A program made the position numbers and the translations under genes. This document shows positions 58,301-64,000 of a stretch of DNA of 64,000 bases, piece by piece (position 1 is the first letter of the stretch; every line of letters starts with the position of its first letter). This DNA comes from Eledone cirrhosa (Eukaryota), in NCBI GenBank assembly GCA_964016885.1, contig OZ024742.1, forward strand, positions 372,496,001 to 372,560,000. The letters run 5' to 3'. Under the pieces are notes generated by a model. The model saw only the letters and a list, made by a program, of their open reading frames with translations, was not told the origin of the DNA and did not search any database.

Positions 58301-60145
58301 CTATATGAACTGTAAATCTCTTTCTATATAAACTGTAAATCTCATTCTATATAAACTGTAAATCTCATTCTATATAATCTGTAAATCTCATTCGATAAAC
58401 TGTAAATCTCTTTTTATATAAACAGTAAATCTCATTCTATATAAACTGGAAATCTCTTTCTATGAACTGTAAATCTCTTTCTATATAAACTGTAAATCTC
58501 ATTCTATAAAAACTGTAAATCTTGTTCTATATAAACTGTAAATCTCATTCTATATAAACTGTAAATCTCTTTCTATATGAACTGTAAATCTCCTTCTATA
58601 TAAACTCTGAATCTCATTCTATATAAGCTGTAAATCTCATTCTATGAACTGTAAATCTCTTTCTATAGAAACTGTAAATCTCATTCTATATAAACTGTAA
58701 ATCTCATTCTATAAACTGTAAATCTCTTTCTATATAAACTGTAAATCTCATTCTATATAAACTGTAAATCTCTTTCTATATAAACTGTAAATTTCATTCT
58801 ATAAACTGTAAATCTCTTTCTATATAAACTGTAAATCTCATTCTATATAAACTGTAAATCTCGTTCTATATAAACTGTAAATCTCATTCTATATAAACTG
58901 TGAATCTCATTCTATAAACTGTAAATCTCTTTCTATATAAACTGTAAATATCATTCTATATACACTGTAAATCTCTTTCTATATAAACTGTAAATCTCAT
59001 TCTATATAAACTGTAAATCTCATTCTATAAACTGTAAATCTCTTTCTATATAAACTGTAAATCTCGTTCTATATAAGCTGTAAATCTCATTCTATAAACT
59101 GTAAATCTCTTTCTATATAAACTGTAAATCTCATTCTATATAAACTGTATATATCATTCTATAAACTGTAAATCTCATTCTATAAACTGTAAATCTCTTT
59201 CTATATAAACTGTAAATCTCATTCTATATAAACTGTAAATCTCTTTCTATATGAACTGTAAATCTCATTCTACATACATTGTAAATCTAATTCTATAAAC
59301 TGTGAATCTCATTCTATATAAACTGTAAATCTCATTCTATAAACTGTAAATCTCATTCTATATAAACTGTAAATCTCATTCTATAAACTGTAAATCTCTT
59401 TCTGTATAAACTGTAAATCTCATTGTATATAAACTGTAAATCTCTTTCTATATAAACTGTAAATTTCATTCTATAATCTGTAAATCTCTTTCTATATAAA
59501 CTGTAAATCTCATTCTATATAAACTGTAAATCTCTTTCTATATAAACTGTAAATCTCATTCTATATAAACTGTGAATCTCATTCTATAAGCTGTAAATCT
59601 CTTTCTATATAAACTGTAAATCTCATTCTATATACACTGTAAATCTCTTTCTATATAAACTGTAAATCTCATTCTATATAAACTGTAAATCTCATTCTAT
59701 AAGCTGTAAATCTCTTTCTATATAAACTGTAAATCTCATTCTATATAAACTGTAAATCTCTTTCTATATAAACTGTGAATCTCTTTCTATATAAACTGTA
59801 AATCTCATTCTATATAAACTGTATATATCATTCTATAAACTGTAAATCTCATTCTATAAACTGTAAATCTCTTTCTATATAAACTGTAAATCTCATTCTA
59901 TATAAACTGTAAATCTCATTCTATAAACTGTAAATCTCTTTCCATATAAACTGTAAATCTAATTCTATATTAACTGTAAATCTGATTCTATAAACTGTAA
60001 ATCTCTTTCTATATAAACTGTAAATCTCATTCTATATAAACTGTAAATCTCTTTCTATATAAACTGTTAATCTCAATCTATATAAACTGTAAATCTCATT
60101 CTATAAACTGTAAATCTCTTTCTATATAAACTCTTAATCTCATTC
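46960..60145. repeat. Tandem duplication, period 6744 bp (~6.4 kb unit plus ~330-bp junction insert)
   Basis: +6744: TCTCG 46987/53731, GTAGAT 48757/55501, AAATGTC 49098/55842, ACTATAAA 50397/57141, TACATACATT 52527/59271, TAATCT 53391/60135. Confidence 0.9.
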
Positions 60146-62915
60146 TATATAAACTGTAAATCTCATTCTATAAACTGTAAATCTCATTCTATATAAACTG
60201 TAAATCTCTTTCTATATAACCTGTAAATCTCTTTCTATATAACCTGTAAATCTTATGCTATAGACTGTAAATCTCATTCTATATGAACTGTAAATCTCTT
60301 TCTATATAAACTGTAAATCTCATTCTATATAAACTGTAAATCTCATTCTATATAATCTGTAAATCTCATTCGATAAGCTGTAAATCTCTTTTTATATAAA
60401 CAGTAAATCTCATTCTATATAAACTGGAAATCTCATTCTATGAACTGTAAATCTCTTTCTATATAAACTGTAAATCTCATTCTATATAAAATGTAAATCT
60501 CATTCTATAAACTGTAAATCTCTTTCTATATAAACTGTAAATCTCATTCTATATAAACTGTAAATCTCTTTCTATATAAACTGTAAATTTCATTCTATAA
60601 ACTCTAAATCTCTTTCTATATAAACTGTAAATCTCATTCTATATAAACTGTAAATCTGATTCTATGAACTGTAAATCTCTTTCTTTATAAACTCTTAATC
60701 TCATTCTATATAAACTGTAAATCTCATTCTATAAACTGTAAATCTCATTCTATATAAGCTGTAAATCTCATTCTATAAACTGTAAATCTCATTCTATAAA
60801 CTGTAAATCTATTTCTATATAAACTGTAAATCTCATTCTATATAATCTGTATATATCATTCTATAAACTGTAAATCTCATTCTATAAACTGTAAATCTCT
60901 TTCTATATAAACTGTAAATCTCATTCTATATAAACTGTAAATATCTTTCTATATGAACTGTAAATCTCATTCTATATAAACTGTAAATCTCGTTCTATAT
61001 AAGCTGTAAATCTCATTCTATAAACTGTAAATCTCTTTCTATATAAACTGTAAATCTCATTCTATATAAACTGTATATATCATTCTATAAACTGTAAATC
61101 TCATTCTATAAACTGTAAATCTCTTTCTATATAAACTGTAAATCTCATTCTATATAAACTGTAAATCTCTTTCTATATGAACTGTAAATCTCATTCTACA
61201 TACATTGTAAATCTAATTCTATAAACTGTGAATCTCATTCTATATAAACTGTAAATCTCATTCTATAAACTGTAAATCTCATTCTATATAAACTGTAAAT
61301 CTCATTCTATAAACTGTAAATCTCTTTCTGTATAAACTGTAAATCTCATTGTATATAAACTGTAAATCTCTTTCTATATAAACTGTAAATTTCATTCTAT
61401 AATCTGTAAATCTCTTTCTATATAAACTGTAAATCTCATTCTATATAAACTGTAAATCTCTTTCTATATAAACTGTAAATCTCATTCTATATAAACTGTG
61501 AATCTCATTCTATAAGCTGTAAATCTCTTTCTATATAAACTGTAAATCTCATTCTATATACACTGTAAATCTCTTTCTATATAAACTGTAAATCTCATTC
61601 TATATAAACTGTAAATCTCATTCTATAAGCTGTAAATCTCTTTCTATATAAACTGTAAATCTCATTCTATATAAACTGTAAATCTCTTTCTATATAAACT
61701 GTGAATCTCTTTCTATATAAACTGTAAATCTCATTCTATATAAACTGTATATATCATTCTATAAACTGTAAATCTCATTCTATAAACTGTAAATCTCTTT
61801 CTATATAAACTGTAAATCTCATTCTATATAAACTGTAAATCTCATTCTATAAACTGTAAATCTCTTTCCATATAAACTGTAAATCTAATTCTATATTAAC
61901 TGTAAATCTGATTCTATAAACTGTAAATCTCTTTCTATATAAACTGTAAATCTCATTCTATATAAACTGTAAATCTCTTTCTATATAAACTGTTAATCTC
62001 AATCTATATAAACTGTAAATCTCATTCTATAAACTGTAAATCTCTTTCTATATAAACTCTTAATCTCATTCTATATAAACTGTAAATCTCATTCTATAAA
62101 CTGTAAATCTCATTCTATATAAACTGTAAATCTCTTTCTATATAACCTGTAAATCTCTTTCTATATAACCTGTAAATCTTATGCTATAGACTGTAAATCT
62201 CATTCTATATGAACTGTAAATCTCTTTCTATATAAACTGTAAATCTCATTCTATATAAACTGTAAATCTCATTCTATATAATCTGTAAATCTCATTCGAT
62301 AAGCTGTAAATCTCTTTTTATATAAACAGTAAATCTCATTCTATATAAACTGGAAATCTCATTCTATGAACTGTAAATCTCTTTCTATATAAACTGTAAA
62401 TCTCATTCTATATAAAATGTAAATCTCATTCTATAAACTGTAAATCTCTTTCTATATAAACTGTAAATCTCATTCTATATAAACTGTAAATCTCTTTCTA
62501 TATAAACTGTAAATTTCATTCTATAAACTCTAAATCTCTTTCTATATAAACTGTAAATCTCATTCTATATAAACTGTAAATCTGATTCTATGAACTGTAA
62601 ATCTCTTTCTTTATAAACTCTTAATCTCATTCTATATAAACTGTAAATCTCATTCTATAAACTGTAAATCTCATTCTATATAAGCTGTAAATCTCATTCT
62701 ATAAACTGTAAATCTCATTCTATAAACTGTAAATCTATTTCTATATAAACTGTAAATCTCATTCTATATAATCTGTATATATCATTCTATAAACTGTAAA
62801 TCTCATTCTATAAACTGTAAATCTCTTTCTATATAAACTGTAAATCTCATTCTATATAAACTGTAAATATCTTTCTATATGAACTGTAAATCTCATTCTA
62901 TATAAACTGTAAATC
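59050..62915. repeat. Tandem segmental duplication, period 1926 bp
   Basis: +1926: TACATACATT 59271/61197, TTCTTTATAA 60681/62607. Confidence 0.88.
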
Positions 62916-64000
62916 TATTTCTATATAAACTGTAAATCTCATTCTATATAAACTGTAAATCTCATTCTATATAAACTTTAAATCTCATTCTATATAAACT
63001 GTAAATCTCTTTCTATATAAACTGTAAATCTCATTCTATATAAACTGTGAATCTCATTCTATATAAACTGTAAATCTCATTCTATAAACTGTAAGTCTCT
63101 TTCGATATAAGCTGTAAATCTCATTCTATATAAACTGTAAATCTCATTCTATAAACTGTAAATCTCATTCTATATAAACTGTAAATCTCATTCTATAAAC
63201 TGTAAATCTTTTTCTATATAAACCGTAAATCTCATTCTATATAATCTGTAAATCTCATTCTATAAACTGTAAATCTCATTCTATATAAACTGTAAATCTC
63301 TTTCTATATAAACTGTAAATCTCATTCTATATAAACTGTAAATCTCATTCTATAAACTGTAAATCTCTTTCTACATAAACTGTAAATCTCATTCTATATA
63401 AGCTGTAAATCTCATTCTATAAACTGTAAATCTCTTTCTATATAAACTGTAAATCTCATTCTATATAAACTGTATATATCATTCTATAAACTGTAACTCT
63501 CAGTCTATAAACTGTAAATCTCGTTCTATATGAACTGTAAATCTCTTTCTATATGAACTGTAAATCTCTTTCTATATAAACTCTGAATCTCATTCTATAT
63601 AAGCTGTAAATCTCATTCTATGAACTGTAAATCTCTTTCTATATAAACTGTAAATCTCATTCTATATAAACTGTAAATCTCATTCTATAAACTGTAAATC
63701 TCTTTCTATATAAACTGTAAATCTCATTCTATATAAACTGTAAATCTCTTTCTATATAAACTGTACATTTCATTCTATAAACTGTAAATCTATTTCTATA
63801 TAAATTGTAAATCTCATTCTATAAACTGTGAATCTCATTCTATATAAACTGTAAATCTCTTTCTATATAAACTGTAAATTTCATTCTATAAACTCTAAAT
63901 CTCTTTCTATATAAACTGTAAATCTCATTCTATATAAACTTTAAATCTCTTTCTATATAAACTGTAAATCTCATTCTATATAAACTGAATCTCATTCTAT

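Larger units (their letters stand above)
1..64000. repeat. AT-rich satellite array of 21/23-bp monomers, consensus AAACTGTAAATCTC(A/T)TTCTAT(AT), ~2,850 copies, no inversions or interruptions, open at both window ends
   Basis: Directly visible throughout. Most monomers differ from A23/T23/A21 by 0-2 substitutions. A23 composition is 9A/9T/4C/1G. Confidence 0.99.

Noticed and set aside
1-64000. CRISPR array (repeat length 21-23 bp is near the CRISPR range)
   Set aside because: Monomers abut directly with no unique spacers, and no leader or cas genes are present.
1-64000. Repetitive protein-coding ORF, including a hidden concatemer-type ORF. A pure 21-mer run would read NCKSHSI on + or RMRFTVY on -.
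   Set aside because: 23-mers dominate and shift the frame. On +, each 23-mer ends the open frame with ATA TAA and the other frames meet TAA. On -, TAG or TGA is reached within a few monomers. 21-mers occur in runs of only about 1-3, so no long ORF is possible.
1-64000. Telomerase- or reverse-transcriptase-synthesised repeat (long yeast-type telomere unit or rolling-circle cDNA concatemer)
   Set aside because: Rare variants are inherited in ordered kb-scale blocks, which indicates DNA-level duplication rather than repeated copying of one short template. There is no G-run-rich telomere motif and no chromosome end is visible.
1-64000. Functional promoters or forkhead sites (TATAAA in each monomer; GTAAATA and ATAAACA variants match RYAAAYA)
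   Set aside because: These motifs are a consequence of the AT-rich monomer and there is no downstream gene, so they are not supportable as regulatory features.
1-64000. Mobile element, inverted segment, tRNA/rRNA or embedded unique island
   Set aside because: Reading through the window I found no non-monomer sequence, no reverse-orientation monomers (ATAGAATGAGATTTACAGTTT) and no terminal repeats or target-site duplications.
1-64000. Pure sequencing or amplification artefact
   Set aside because: The hierarchical, mutually consistent variant sharing (e.g. 4630+2784=7414; 1641+2093=3734) is not expected from random error. Individual near-identical duplications could still be assembly errors and need read support.
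1-64000. A/T and long/short monomer order as an information-bearing code
   Set aside because: The order is largely explained by a few short multimers plus block duplication, and nothing points to a reader or to selection on the order.

Overview
The whole 64 kb window is one uninterrupted, head-to-tail, single-orientation AT-rich tandem-repeat (satellite) array. It has about 2,850 monomers (64,000 / ~22.4 bp) and ~22% GC. Three monomer types dominate: A23 AAACTGTAAATCTCATTCTATAT, T23 AAACTGTAAATCTCTTTCTATAT and A21 AAACTGTAAATCTCATTCTAT. I see no genes, RNA genes, transposons, CRISPR spacers or unique sequence, and the array runs off both ends. I do not recognise the repeat family or the organism; a eukaryotic satellite (centromeric, pericentromeric or subtelomeric) is the most plausible reading, but that is inference. 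The interesting content is architectural. Rare variant monomers act as barcodes and show a monomer grammar (67/90/113-bp multimers) and nested kb-scale tandem duplications (offsets 1056, 1641, 1889, 1926, 2537, 2807, ~3530, 3734, 3837, 4630, 6744 and 7249/7272 bp). They also suggest an older ~12 kb macro-unit present twice, short gene-conversion-like patches and a templated insertion at a duplication junction. Offsets were measured by eye from marker monomers, and breakpoints are only approximate because junctions lie inside repeated sequence. I found no direct evidence of a new protein- or RNA-based system; the functional ideas (Pumilio-element or TATA-box arrays) are speculative.
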